Positions 26,951 to 41,714 of a DNA stretch of 64,000 nt are shown piece by piece. The notes beneath the pieces are model-generated. The model was not told the DNA's origin and made no database searches. It saw nothing but the letters and a program-made list of their open reading frames with translations. Source of the stretch: the human T2T-CHM13v2.0 reference genome, Homo sapiens; the NCBI RefSeq assembly GCF_009914755.1, contig NC_060926.1, one strand, 5' to 3'. The first letter of the stretch is position 1. Each line of letters begins with the position of its first letter. A program made the position numbers and the translations under genes.

Positions 26951-27301
26951 GAATCACCTGCTTAGACCTACTTCTCAAAATTGTTGCTTGGAAATTATCT
27001 CTTACCCAAATAGAGGTACAATGGCGGCAACGGTAGCAGTGACTCAGGAATGTCACTGAACAGAATGTGTGTAAGTTCCTCAAGATAGTAGTTAGGCAGA
27101 GAGCCAGGCACAGCCACCCAGCTAGCCAAAAAGGAATAGAGGGAAGAGAGTGGCTGTGAAACATTCCAGGAGCCACTTTCCAGCCTTTGAAAATTAGGGG
27201 AAGGAAAAAAAAAATCAAAAGAGTTTTACACATGATGCGACCATTTTCCATTCTCACTACATTCCTAGGCCAGTGATCTACTAAACTATCAATGAAAGTC
27301 A

Positions 27302-29741
<2,440 letters not shown>

Positions 29742-29789
29742 AAGAATTCTCTGTAATTTTGCAGCATGAGTAGATAATTTCCTAGTTGG

Positions 29790-29990
29790 TGGCAAGTGGA
29801 TCTGAGTTTGAATTATACTTCTGCCATTTACTGGCTATGTGGCGATGGCCAAATGACTTAAGGTTCTAAAGGATCCATTCCCTATTTATAATAGGGGAAT
29901 AACAACACTGATTCACTGTATTGTTGGGACAATTAATTCTTCACAAAAAGAATATCTGACACATGATAAAAACTCACTACATGTTATAGG
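29790..29990 (+). mobile_element. MIR SINE
   Basis: ctgagtttgaat...ctgccatttactggctatgtg...aaatgacttaa. Confidence 0.65.
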
Positions 29991-31349
29991 TCTTGTACCA
30001 CATTCTTTAAATTCTTTCATGATTAAAAAAAGTCTTAGTCTTTTTTGCCTTAAAAAAATGAACTTTGGCCTCAATGTTAAAATAAATAAAGACTGAATAT
30101 TTAAAAGTTAATATAATAAAGACTAGAATATTAAGGTACCTAAGCAAGAAAATAAAACAATATTGAGATCTATCACAGTCAGAATGCTATGGACAAGAAG
30201 TCTCAGACAGATTGTTGGTAATTATTTCCTCTGTCAACTTCAGAGGTAGAGTTGAGTACGGATGAATTTGAATGATACAAAATTTTATTTCGGGTCCTCC
30301 AAAGAATTATAAGTTTGAATAGTTTTAACATCAATTCAGAATATTTCTGCATGAAATTCTGCTTTACATTTCATTAAATAAGTGAGGAAAGATATTTGGA
30401 CAGGGTCTTGAACACAAGGCCAAGGAACTCTAATTTTAGTTGATAGAATACAAGAACCAGCAAGGACTTTAAATAAAATTATTAGAAGTATACTTTATGA
30501 TATTATTGAGAGTATAGAGAGTATATATATTGAAGAGAAAATTTGCTTTACTCAAAAACAGCATTCAGTTGGCACAAAATATATGAACCAAGGCATAGGA
30601 CAGGTTGGAAGGACAGAGGCAGATTGAATGTCATCACAATGAGATAATCTTTCAAGAGCAAAGAGGTCAAAGATGAAGCTAATTTCTTAAGAACAATAAA
30701 GATTTTGAACAGCCTCTGTGGAGTGGTGTTATAAAGATCCATCAATATAGCAATAGAGAAGTGATAATCTGTAACAAAGGATCAGTTTGTAGGAACTCAC
30801 TCTGCACAATTAGGACTTCTCCAAGCAATAGTCAACTGATATACAGCAGGTAAGTAGGGCAATTGAGCATTGAACAATCAAGATAGAAACAACATAAAAT
30901 CAAGAGTATGAAGAGCCTGTAAATAGTTGCAAGGGAAATGTTGAAACTACCTTAATGTTATACTATAATTATTAATGTTCATGAATAAAAAAATTGAATA
31001 TCTTTTCTCTTAAAATAACTTTGGTGTAGGAAGAACATACAAATGATATGTAGTTTTAAGTGAAGGGGTTCTTTATTTAAATAACAAGAAGTATGATGTC
31101 TATGCTAAGAATATTATGATTCTTTATTTAAATAAAGCATGATGGGTAGAGAAACAAAAGAACACCCACAAAAAATCCTGAAGCTTTATTGAATTTTTCT
31201 CCTAAAGCTTACAGAGGACATAGTAATTATCCTGTGAAATTCCCTGCTTTGGTGTAGAGATAGTAAGACTAATGTGGCTCAAGGTAGTATTGGGATATAC
31301 CACCTTGTAAAATAAAGACTAGAGTAGGGATTGTAAGGAGAGGAGGAGA

Positions 31350-31590
31350 GCAGCATTTATTGAAAATCTACTGTCTTCAAAAGTTCTAAAGTGCTTCATA
31401 TTTGCATTTTTATCTTTCACATGTTGACCCTTTGCAGTAGGTATTATTAACCCCACTCTAGAAATGAGAAAACTAATGTTCAATGAGGTAAATTCACTGA
31501 CTAAAGTCACTCAGCTGGTGGATAGCAAAAGAGCCAGAGTTATAACCCAGATGTGTTTATATGGAGCCAAACTCCATATTCTTTCCACGA
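31350..31590 (-). mobile_element. MIRb-like SINE
   Basis: gcatttattga...gtaggtattattaacccc...aaatgagaaaact...aaagtcactcagctgg. Confidence 0.8.
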
Positions 31591-32769
31591 TGATATTCAA
31601 TCCCATGTGAATATTGCCTTGTGGAAAATGATGGAAAAGAGATCAATATGACCATTGTCATTTTCAATATACTGTATTTAAAACAAATCTTAACATGCTT
31701 TCCTCTCTAGCTTACAACAGTTATAACAGATAAGTGACTAAAAATAGCTTCTCTTTTCAAATGTGTCATTTTTATCCTTTTATGGATTGTATGTTAAAGA
31801 TATACCAAACTGTGCAATAACAAGTTTTTCTGAGATGTCCAGCCCAATAACCTATTACCGTTCTAATGTTTATTTTTAAAGTAATAAAGAAACTCTAAAA
31901 TCAAGAAAACCACTTATGGGTTGTTTTGGCATGGGGTGGTTAAATACATTCTTATTTTTGTTGCTAAAAAATAAATTTAAAATTCCAAATGCATAGCTCT
32001 GTGTAGGATGTATAATTGAGTACATTAGTGAAAATTTCAGCAACACTATGCCAAAGTTATTTTTACAGAATTACTGAATTTATATAAAATGATGTCAATA
32101 TAAATAAGTTTGACCAGTGGAATTAAAAAATTCCTCATGTAGAGAAATGGCTGGACTATTTATATACAATATACAACTACTCCTTCATAATTTTTTAAAT
32201 TCTTATAAAAACTAATTTATGTCATTTAGTTTTCTACATTTTACTTTTTTCATTAGACAGGGAAGTTTCAACCCAACATGTTATTTGCAAAGAAAATAAT
32301 TAGACTTGTGTAGAACACTATTATGTTTCTTAAAAGGTTTTTTTGTCCTTTTAGAGAAGAAAATAACATTTTCTTGTAACGTTCTTTTAAATTCACTGAA
32401 AAAGAAGATCTATCCTGAAATTTAAACACTAAGTCATCCTTAAGAAAACGCTTGTCTGATTTAATAACAATGATTAGGAAATTATTCAGTCTCCAGTATT
32501 TTTGAAATGTTGGCCTTTTACCTATATTTTTATGCCGTACTTTAATTCTGTTAATAAATTATATTAACAAAAGCTTTAGAAAATACCTAAAATATAGAAC
32601 ATGTTATTAGATTTTGTTCCTCTGCTTTCAGATATTTGGGACAGGGGATCATAATAGCTCATTAAATCTACTTATTTATCTGAGAAGTAAAATTCCTCTG
32701 GAAGTTATCTTTACCTAAGAGCAAATATATTCAAGTCACAGGGAATTTGGTCCTCTTATTCTGTAGGTA

Positions 32770-33528
<759 letters not shown>

Positions 33529-33689
33529 TGCTTTTATTTTTTAAACCACCCCTATTTAATTCAATTACTTTTAAAGGAGGCAATCTACTGCAATATAATC
33601 TATCACTGTTATTATGGATCTAAAATACCTTAAGGAAAAAAAATCTCATAAGCTGTCTTATGATTTCATTTTGTGTCTCAATTCCCAAG

Positions 33690-33917
33690 GCCTCCAATAT
33701 GTAATCCTTCTGCCAGCTGCAGCATCTTTGTTTGGGAGTTGGATAGTTCCTACGGCGGTCTCTGGTTAAGGTCCTGGCTATTGCTGCGTTAGTTCCTGCC
33801 TGTTTCAAACCTCCTTCTCCCATATCCTCAGAGTTTACATGAGCTCTCCAACATCCTTTACCAAATTCTTTTTAGTCCTGCTGAGTTTCTGTTGCTTGCA
33901 CCTAAAAACCTACTACA
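33690..33917 (+). mobile_element. Old ERVL LTR 3' part (LTR33/LTR16-like)
   Basis: ccaacatcctttaccaaattcttt...tttctgttgcttgcacctaaaaacc end motif. Confidence 0.5.
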
Positions 33918-34571
33918 CTTTGTCTTCAGAAGCACCGTGATGGTAGAAAAAAATAGTTCTCTAATTCCTCTCATCTCTCCTCAGATTCTGAAAAGAGATG
34001 CCCCAATCAACAAAAAAGATAATTACGATTGTTTTCAAAGGTTTTGCTTGGAGATACTTAATTCTATTGCTATTCTTCCTGCCCATCTTAACACAGCTCA
34101 AGTTCCCAGAGAAGAGAAATAATTAGCTATGGTATTCTACTCTAAAGGACTTTGCTGCTATACTCACCTCTATTTCCCACAGAAACTCTACTACTTAAGC
34201 AACACCTCTAGGTCACCGAGGTCGCAGGGAAGTCACGGGTTGAAATTAGAATGTTGCTGCTTAGAGACTGTCTTAGTATCTCATTCATTTTACATGTAAG
34301 CAACACTCTATTCCACATCCATATTAAGTTTCACCAAATTTATTCTTCTTTAACCTGTTACTATTCCTTAAGTATAACACAGATCACTATATTACAATAA
34401 AACTCCAAATGCCAACCACCATTCAATTAAACATTTTCTTGATACTTCTTTCCTAAAAATGTTCTTCTTCTACAACTTCTCTTTTATGCTCCCTTAGGTT
34501 CTCATATCATTCTTCTTAGACATGCAAGGAAAAGCAACCAATTAAAAATATAAAACCAAAAAGGAAATATT

Positions 34572-34680
34572 TACATTCATTCAGATATTTATTGAACACC
34601 TACCATGTGTCATTCTTCTAGATGGTTAGTGGACATCAGTGAGGAAAAGGCTATTTGTCTCAATAGTCTATATAAAACAC
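34572..34680 (-). mobile_element. L2 3' end
   Basis: cattcattcagatatttattgaacacctaccatgtgtca. Confidence 0.7.
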
Positions 34681-34759
34681 TCCCCAAACTATTTAACTTT
34701 ATTTTTCTCTAATTTTTACTCTGCATCTATCCAAGACCCCAAGATTTCTATCATGGTAC

Positions 34760-34920
34760 AAAAATAGCTGTTGACAAATATTGAGAACCTGCCACTTTTC
34801 AGATACTTGGTTAGATATTTTGCTAATATCCAAATCATTGGGAAAACTTCCTGAAAGACAATAGGTAACATTTACTATTTGTTTTACAGGTGAAGAAATG
34901 GGGACAAGAGACATTGATTT
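34760..34920 (-). mobile_element. MIR SINE
   Basis: tgttttacaggtgaagaaatgggg core. Confidence 0.5.
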
Positions 34921-35312
34921 TTTCAGCGCAACTCCACTGTTGGTGAAAAAACCTTTCAGAGAATTTAATAGATTGCTGGTTTTCCTAATAAATATGCCCT
35001 TCTGGAAATATTTAAGTTATAGGCAGGCATGCTTATGAAGACTTCCCCATGACCTTAATACAAATTTTTCAGAATATAAATATAACTGGAATTAAAATAC
35101 ATCTATTATAGTATGATATGTAAAACACTGCCTGTTTTTTTCATGCATGTATCTTAATACCTTTAAGGTATCCATTCAGCATTGCCTCAAGAAAGGGAGG
35201 ATATCAAGGTTAGAAAGAGAAAAAAAATACTCCATTTCTTGGTTTTAACGTTTTAAACAAGAAATCTAATTTTAAGACTGACATTTAGGGAAAATTTTTT
35301 GATAAGCAAGTC

Positions 35313-35420
35313 CTGTAGACTGATTATTTGTGCTCCCTCTCAATATTCCTATCATGAAATCCTAACCCCCAAGGTGATGGTATTATAAGGTGCAACCTTT
35401 GGCCGGTGATTGGGTCATGG
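35313..35420 (+). mobile_element. MLT1A-like LTR 5' fragment
   Basis: gaaatcctaacccccaaggtgatggtatta...ggtgattgggtcatg. Confidence 0.7.
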
Positions 35421-36489
35421 TTCTTTAAGAGAAAGCCCATCCACGTTCCCTAGACTACAATAACACAAAGAAGAACAGAGATGATTGAAATTGGTGTTAG
35501 TAGCAGAAAAGTCCTGAGAGATGCAAGCCCATAGCACAAATCCAGAAAAGGTACAGGGGACTAGCTTAACCTGAGCTATACTTTTAAGTAGGGTGAGAAT
35601 GTTCCCACAGAGAAAGGTGGCAGGCAGAGAGGGCATTATGGATTGCAACTACAGTAGACAACAATGACAGGACAATAGCAAGGCCATAGATACACAAAAG
35701 CAAAGGCAGATATACAAAAGCAAAAGCAAAACCAAAAAAAAAAAAAAAAAAAAAAAGAAAAAAAGCAAGGCCATAGATATACAATAGATATACAAATAGT
35801 ATGTAAAGACACTTACATACTATTAAGTAAATGTCGTGACTGGCCAATTGTGCGTATCAGAAAGAAGCAGGAAAGGAAGGAAATGGATGCCTCCTCCCCA
35901 CTAACATTGCAGGACCAGTTCCCTGCAAAATCAACCCCAAGGTTGGGGAGCATTGCAGAAATCTTGAATGTGCTTGACTTATAAACCTGAAATGACTGAG
36001 CAGTAACTGACTGACCTCATTTACACCCCAAAAGATGAAAACTCGTTAATATAACATGACTGTTCTTATCCAGAAGAGACCAGACTAATTTTTCTGTTTT
36101 TGGGAAGGCAAAAATGAAGATTCAGAATAGAAATTAATTTCAGCTATGGGAAAATAAACTTACAATTTTGCCAAGCAAGATTTTCACGTAAATATCAAGC
36201 CCACAACGTTTAGAATCATGTAGACACTGAAACATCAGATTCTACTTGATTCCAAGTCTGTTCATTTCCATCACAACCCCCATGGCAATTAGATTGTGTC
36301 ATGATCATCATCCCTTTCTCTGTTACATACTATTCATCACAGGGATCCAAAATTCTTGAACTATGTTCTGTACTCCCTGAGTTTCTTGAAATTTGTTGAC
36401 AAGTCCCAGTCTAAGTGGAAGAAAAAAAAAAGGGACAAATCAAAGTGTATTTCCTTTGAAAAATCCCAGTTTTCACTCCTGTAGTACAT

Positions 36490-36625
36490 TTTTAAAATAC
36501 ATAAAATGGAGATGGAGTCTCAATATGTTGCCCAAGCCAAGTCTTGAACCCTTGGACTCAAGCAATCCTCCCACCTTGGCCTTCCAAAGTGTTGGGATTA
36601 CAGGCATGAGCCACCACTCTTGGCC
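36490..36625 (-). mobile_element. FLAM/Alu left monomer
   Basis: Single monomer gagatggagtctc...ctcaagcaatcctcccaccttggcc...gagccacc. Confidence 0.88.
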
Positions 36626-38469
36626 TCTTTCTGTACTACTTTTAATTGTTTGGTAAAGAATCACTTCTAATCCTTCCTTCAGTCTGTCTTACCAGTGTAT
36701 TCACTGGCCAACCTCTTAGGTCCCACCCCCATGATCCCTATATTATACAGCATATTTGCTAATGGCAGAAACAAACTGGATTTCAGGGTCAAATAACTTT
36801 CCCATCACATGACCCAGTCAAGATTCTCGTCCCCATCAGATCATAATAAAATTATTCAAATATCACTTACCTTTTCATTTAAAATGTCACCATTATCCAT
36901 ACTATGGGAATATGTATGTAAATCCATGAAGCCACAAATATTGTTTATCTTCTTTCCTGCTAGCCTCTCTTGATTTACTGGTCACCTCTCCACTATTTTT
37001 ACTCTTCCTAAGTCAGCTTGTTTCCCTCCATAGGGTATAATTTAACAGCTTGTTTGGTTCTTTTTCTCTACCCCACTAATATATCAATGCCTTCTTGTTC
37101 TGGTCAGCAAATCTTCTGCCAAGTATGTTCTCCCCACTCTTCATTAGATGTACTTTCTTTTGCCAGGAGCATTAGTTTAGAATCATGCATCGTGGTCCAG
37201 AAAACTAAATTCTGTTCTTTGACATCATATACAGAGCCAGCTGTTCACTTCTCAGTTCCTTCTTTATCTTCCAAAGTTATGACCTTGGATTAGAAGAAAT
37301 TAAACCACCACCTGCATCCCTAAGACCTTCAGTTTCTTGCTCAGGTTTCTAAATACTCCATGCATAATTTTTACAAGCCTTTTGTTTGCATTCATATTTT
37401 CAACTGAACTACTGAAATGTCTAATTAGAAAGCATACCTGTGTGAAGATATCAAAAATGCTAAGTGACTTCCTATGGATTAAGTAATGTTTTCTCATCAT
37501 GTAGTCTTCAGTATCATTAATGAATATTGTCATATATTAATCCTTATTTTGTCTACACTAATTTCACTTTCTACAGTGAATCATTTCAGTGTAACACTAG
37601 AAATACATGAGGCTAGATGTTTCAATTTAAAAATTTCTCTTAAAAATTTTTGTAATTATATTCTTGTAAGAATTCTGAAGAACTAATTTTGCAATAGTTT
37701 AACATTCGGGACTCAATCGTCAACATGTTAATCTTCTCTATTTAAAGACTATCTCTTATGTTCACTAATTGTATGCCTTTATTTAAGCTATGGATTTCCG
37801 CACAGTTGAGATGAAAAGTCTTATTAAAATATTAAAAAGCAATAAAAGCTTAACTCAACTATTATTGAATTAAGCTAAGAACGAGGGTTGTAATCTATTT
37901 TATCTTTTTTAAAATACCAAAGACTTTTTCTACAACTTAAAGAAATATGTATTCAGGGAAAAAGACAATCATTTATTTGAAAAATGAAACTTAAAATGAA
38001 CTCACAATTATTTTCAACAACATGTTTTTCTGTTTTTGGTCCTCTCTTGTGTTGACACTATGGCATGGAACAATGTAACTTACAGATGGGATTTTAAGTT
38101 AAATTGTAGGTCAAGGCACTTGAGAAGATTTACTGCTCATGCACAAATGCTCTCCCCCTTATTATTGAATTAGTATATTCAGTTGCTCTGACCATGTGAA
38201 AATGAATGTAATCCTGAACTCTTTTCATGTAATCCCAACATCACAGCACCCATGAATTCAGACAAGTCATCAGGACAGTTTCTGTTTCCTCATCGCTTTG
38301 TAAGCATTCATGAATTTGTGGATGTGTGAAGTGAGTTCTAATCCTCTAGCCAGAATAGGGTAAAGGTTTTATCTTTCCAGTAAGGGCTCCATATCTATCT
38401 ATCTCCCTCCTATCACTCTAGCACCCTGTACTCTTTGGGGCACTCTTTCTATTAGCAGATAGAGCCTTA

Positions 38470-38847
38470 TCAATGTTCTCGGGACTTCATCTGATCCTGT
38501 TCTACATGAGAATCATCTGGGAAGCTTAGACAATAGGTACTGTCTTGCCTCCATCCCAGAGCAATTAAGTTGGAATCTCTAGGGGTAGAGCACAGTTGTT
38601 CACATTTATTACTCCCAGGTGATTCTAATGTGCCATCAAGGTGGAAAACTTTTCTATAGATGTTGAGGCAGTGATACTCAACGTTAGCTGCAAAGTGGAA
38701 TCACCTGGGGATTTTTGTTTGTTTGTTTGTTATAGAATTCCCACAGCCCAGACTAGTTATATCAGCATATCTGGGAGCGAGACTAAGGCATCAGTTTTTT
38801 TAAGAAAACCTCCCCAGGTAAATCCAAGCAAAGCTGAAAACCATTGA
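38470..38847. mobile_element. Two adjacent MER5-family MITEs
   Basis: agaatcatctgggaagctt...cccaggtgattctaatgtgc; ggaatcacctgggga...ccccaggt. Confidence 0.7.
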
Positions 38848-39392
38848 GGCAGGCAGTGATTCCACTGAACTTTTAACATTCACTCTCGTAACACCACCCA
38901 CAAATGTTTTCTTTCTACTCTCCACTGACAGATACAGATCTTATCCTATTTTCTTTACTCCCACTTCTGTCCTCACCACACATATACACAGACACACACA
39001 AGTGGTATTTCCATGAGCTGCAGACTTTATTGAAGGTTTGGAACAAAGGAAGAAATTTATATTTGAGAAAAAAATCCTGCTATTTATTATTAGATATCCT
39101 CTGCCTCAAAGTTTTTGGCCACCCTACCATCTGCCTGTTTTAAATGCTAAAGGTAACTTTACCTATCAGATCCACTCACATTTTTATATAGGGAAACGTA
39201 GCCCTCCCCCACACTGGCAAACATTACATACCCAAACATCTTTGGGTTACACTATTTTCTTTCTTTCTCACTACCAGTCTCTAAGTATAAAAGAACACCA
39301 TTAAAAGTCATAAAGAATACTATAAAATTCCGTCACCCGCCCTACACACAGCTAGCCTGAAGGAGGCAGAGATGTTAAAGTCAACTTTAAGT

Positions 39393-39531
39393 TGACTTTT
39401 TTTTTCTGAACAGGTACACAAATAACTGCTACATGAATGAAAGTAATTATACAATGAGAATTGTGACTTTTTTTCTGAACAGGTACACAAATAACTGCTA
39501 CATGAATGAAAGTAATTATACTATGAAAATT
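39393..39531. repeat. Tandem duplication, period 71 bp
   Basis: ctgaacaggtacacaaataactgctacatgaatgaaagtaattatac identical in both copies. Confidence 0.95.
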
Positions 39532-40044
39532 AGACAATTCTCAATTGAACTCTCAAAGTAAATCAGTGGAAACCTTAAACAAACCTTTATAAACACTTGC
39601 TTATAAAAAGTCAAAGGACACACAAATTCAGATTCCCCAATAAGTAGACTTTCCTGAAGCAAAAGTTAGAAAAATGGTCTGTGAAGGAAATAAAATACCA
39701 ACTAAGAAGCTCTTCATTTCCAATTTTCTATTTTTAGATCATTCAATTTGAGCCTATTATCTCTGCCATACTGTTTGTTCTCATTAATTTTCATTTGTGT
39801 TTTTAATATTGTTTATACATTTGTTATGCCTTCTCCAGCATCTTAGATTGCCCATTTATTATTTCTATTTCCCACTAATTCTCAAATTACTTCCCAATTA
39901 ATTACATACACAAATAATTGTTTTTCAACTTAATAAATGCTCTATTAATGAAGCTTTGGGAAAATAACGTTATGAATTTTTATGTTAACTTTTGAGGAAG
40001 AACATTGTTGCTTAATGAGATCACAGTAATAGCTATGAACTAAA

Positions 40045-40420
40045 CCCAACTATTACTCAATAGTGCTGTTTTAAATCACACCAAATTTCAAAGGCATACA
40101 ACAATAATGAAAATTAATTTCACAAATATGCATCAACTGGAATTAGGCTAGGATCAGGCTGGGATGGACTGTGATTGGCTCTAGATCAAGGTGTGACCAG
40201 TATGCTCCCACAGTGGCTACCCAAGCCATGTTCTTCTTATGATAGGCGTTCAAAAGAACAAGCCCAACACACAAATACATATCAAGTCTTGGGTCACATC
40301 ACATCTACTAACATCCTGTTGGCTAAAGCAAGTCATATGGTCAAGTCCAAAGTCAAGAAACTGAAAATATAAACTGCTCAGCATGAGATCATAATAGATA
40401 TTTAATATTACTATAGGGAA

Positions 40421-40466
<46 letters not shown>

Positions 40467-40758
40467 GTCAGGCTCTATAACACAGGCTAGGGTGCAGTGG
40501 TGCAATCATAGCTCACTGTAACCTTGAACTCCTGGGGCTCAAGCGATCCTCCTGCCTCAGTCTTCTGACTAGCTAGGACTATAGGCATGCATCACCATGC
40601 CCAGCTAATTTAATTTTATGTAGAGATGGGAGTCTGTCATGTTGCCCAGGCTGGTGTTGAACTCCTAACCTCAAGCAATTCTCCCACCTCAGCTTCCCAA
40701 AGTGCTAGAATTACAGGTGTGAACCACCATGTCAGCCAAGAACAATTTAATTTACCAT
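40045..40758 (-). mobile_element. MaLR LTR, MLT1H-like (interrupted by AluJ)
   Basis: tactaacatcctgttggctaaagcaagtcatatggtcaagtccaaagtcaag. Confidence 0.7.
40424..40737 (-). mobile_element. AluJ with pure 40-nt tail
   Basis: caatcatagctcactgtaacc diagnostic; T40 at 40424-40463; TSD gaacaattt. Confidence 0.93.
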
Positions 40759-40904
40759 ATTATCCTAGAAATACCATTTCTGGAACATACATGATAGGGT
40801 GTTAATATTTCTGTCCATATTTCTAAACTCAGTAATAACCTTGAGTCTTTCTCTCTACCTCCTTTATTCTTCTTTGAAGTTAAAGAAATATCTCAAATGC
40901 CAGA

Positions 40905-41130
40905 GACAATGGACTATGGTATTAAATAGTTTTGGCTCTGGGGTCACACCCCCTGAGTTTTTATCCTTGCTTAACTATCTCTTAGATGTATAACTTCAGA
41001 CAACTTAACCTTTCTGTGCCTTAACTTTCTTATCTCTAAAAGTGGGGATAATACTACAAGCTACCTCATAGTGTTGTTATGAGAATTAGCTGAAATAACC
41101 CAGGTCAGTACTCAATAAAAGTTAGCTAGC
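40905..41130 (+). mobile_element. MIR SINE
   Basis: cttaacctttctgtgcct...aaaagtggggataata...tacctcatagtgttgttatgagaatta. Confidence 0.8.
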
Positions 41131-41345
41131 TAATGGAAGGAGAAAGGAGTCATCAGTAGAGTTGGACCAAGGTTAAATGTTTTCATCTCCCTTCATTTTA
41201 TCCCTGAAGCCTTTTGGTAAAGAGGAAGTCAAACTTTCATCCTTTTTCTTCCTACATGGCTATTCTGACAATTACCCTGTGCTGGTCAAAGAAAGCCCCA
41301 CCCCAGGAAAGAAAACTTGGTGTAGGCTTCTTAAGTAGCTGTTTT

Positions 41346-41349
<4 letters not shown>

Positions 41350-41386
<37 letters not shown>
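41350..41386 (+). repeat. A37 homopolymer
   Basis: Direct reading. Confidence 0.95.
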
Positions 41387-41392
<6 letters not shown>

Positions 41393-41479
41393 AGAAATTC
41401 CTTTGTTTCATGATCCTTTCTCTAGCTGAGGATGCATGAAAAATATTTGCTACATAATTTCTACATTAGTATAAGAGCA

Positions 41480-41700
41480 TAATTTGAGTGCTTACATTGA
41501 GCCAAGTAACTTTGCTAAGCATTTTGCATATTAACATTAGGTTGATGCAAAAGTAATTGAAATAAAAGTAATGGCAAAAATCACATTCTCCCAAAGTTCC
41601 TAGGAAATGAATAACATTTTTATCCTCATTTACAAATGAAGACAACTGAAACTTAATTTGCCAAAGCACTCAGAGGTAGCAAAAGACTAAATTTGCATCG
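41480..41700 (-). mobile_element. MIR SINE containing a partial MADE1 (41537-41586)
   Basis: atcctcatttacaaatgaagacaactga core; ttaggttgatgcaaaagtaattg is the MADE1/Hsmar1 TIR. Confidence 0.7.
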
Positions 41701-41714
41701 AAAATGAGCCTGTA

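Noticed and set aside
30793-30855. Perfect plus-strand donor CAG|GTAAGT (another at 54186-54194)
   Set aside because: Weak acceptors; one or two such 9-mers are expected by chance in 64 kb
35850-36205. Possible ancient LTR (LTR78/MamGyp-like) 3' part
   Set aside because: Similarity too weak to call without a profile search
36864-37010. Minus-strand donor AAG|GTAAGT with a short open frame (similar site at 46618-46664)
   Set aside because: No convincing acceptor or recognisable product
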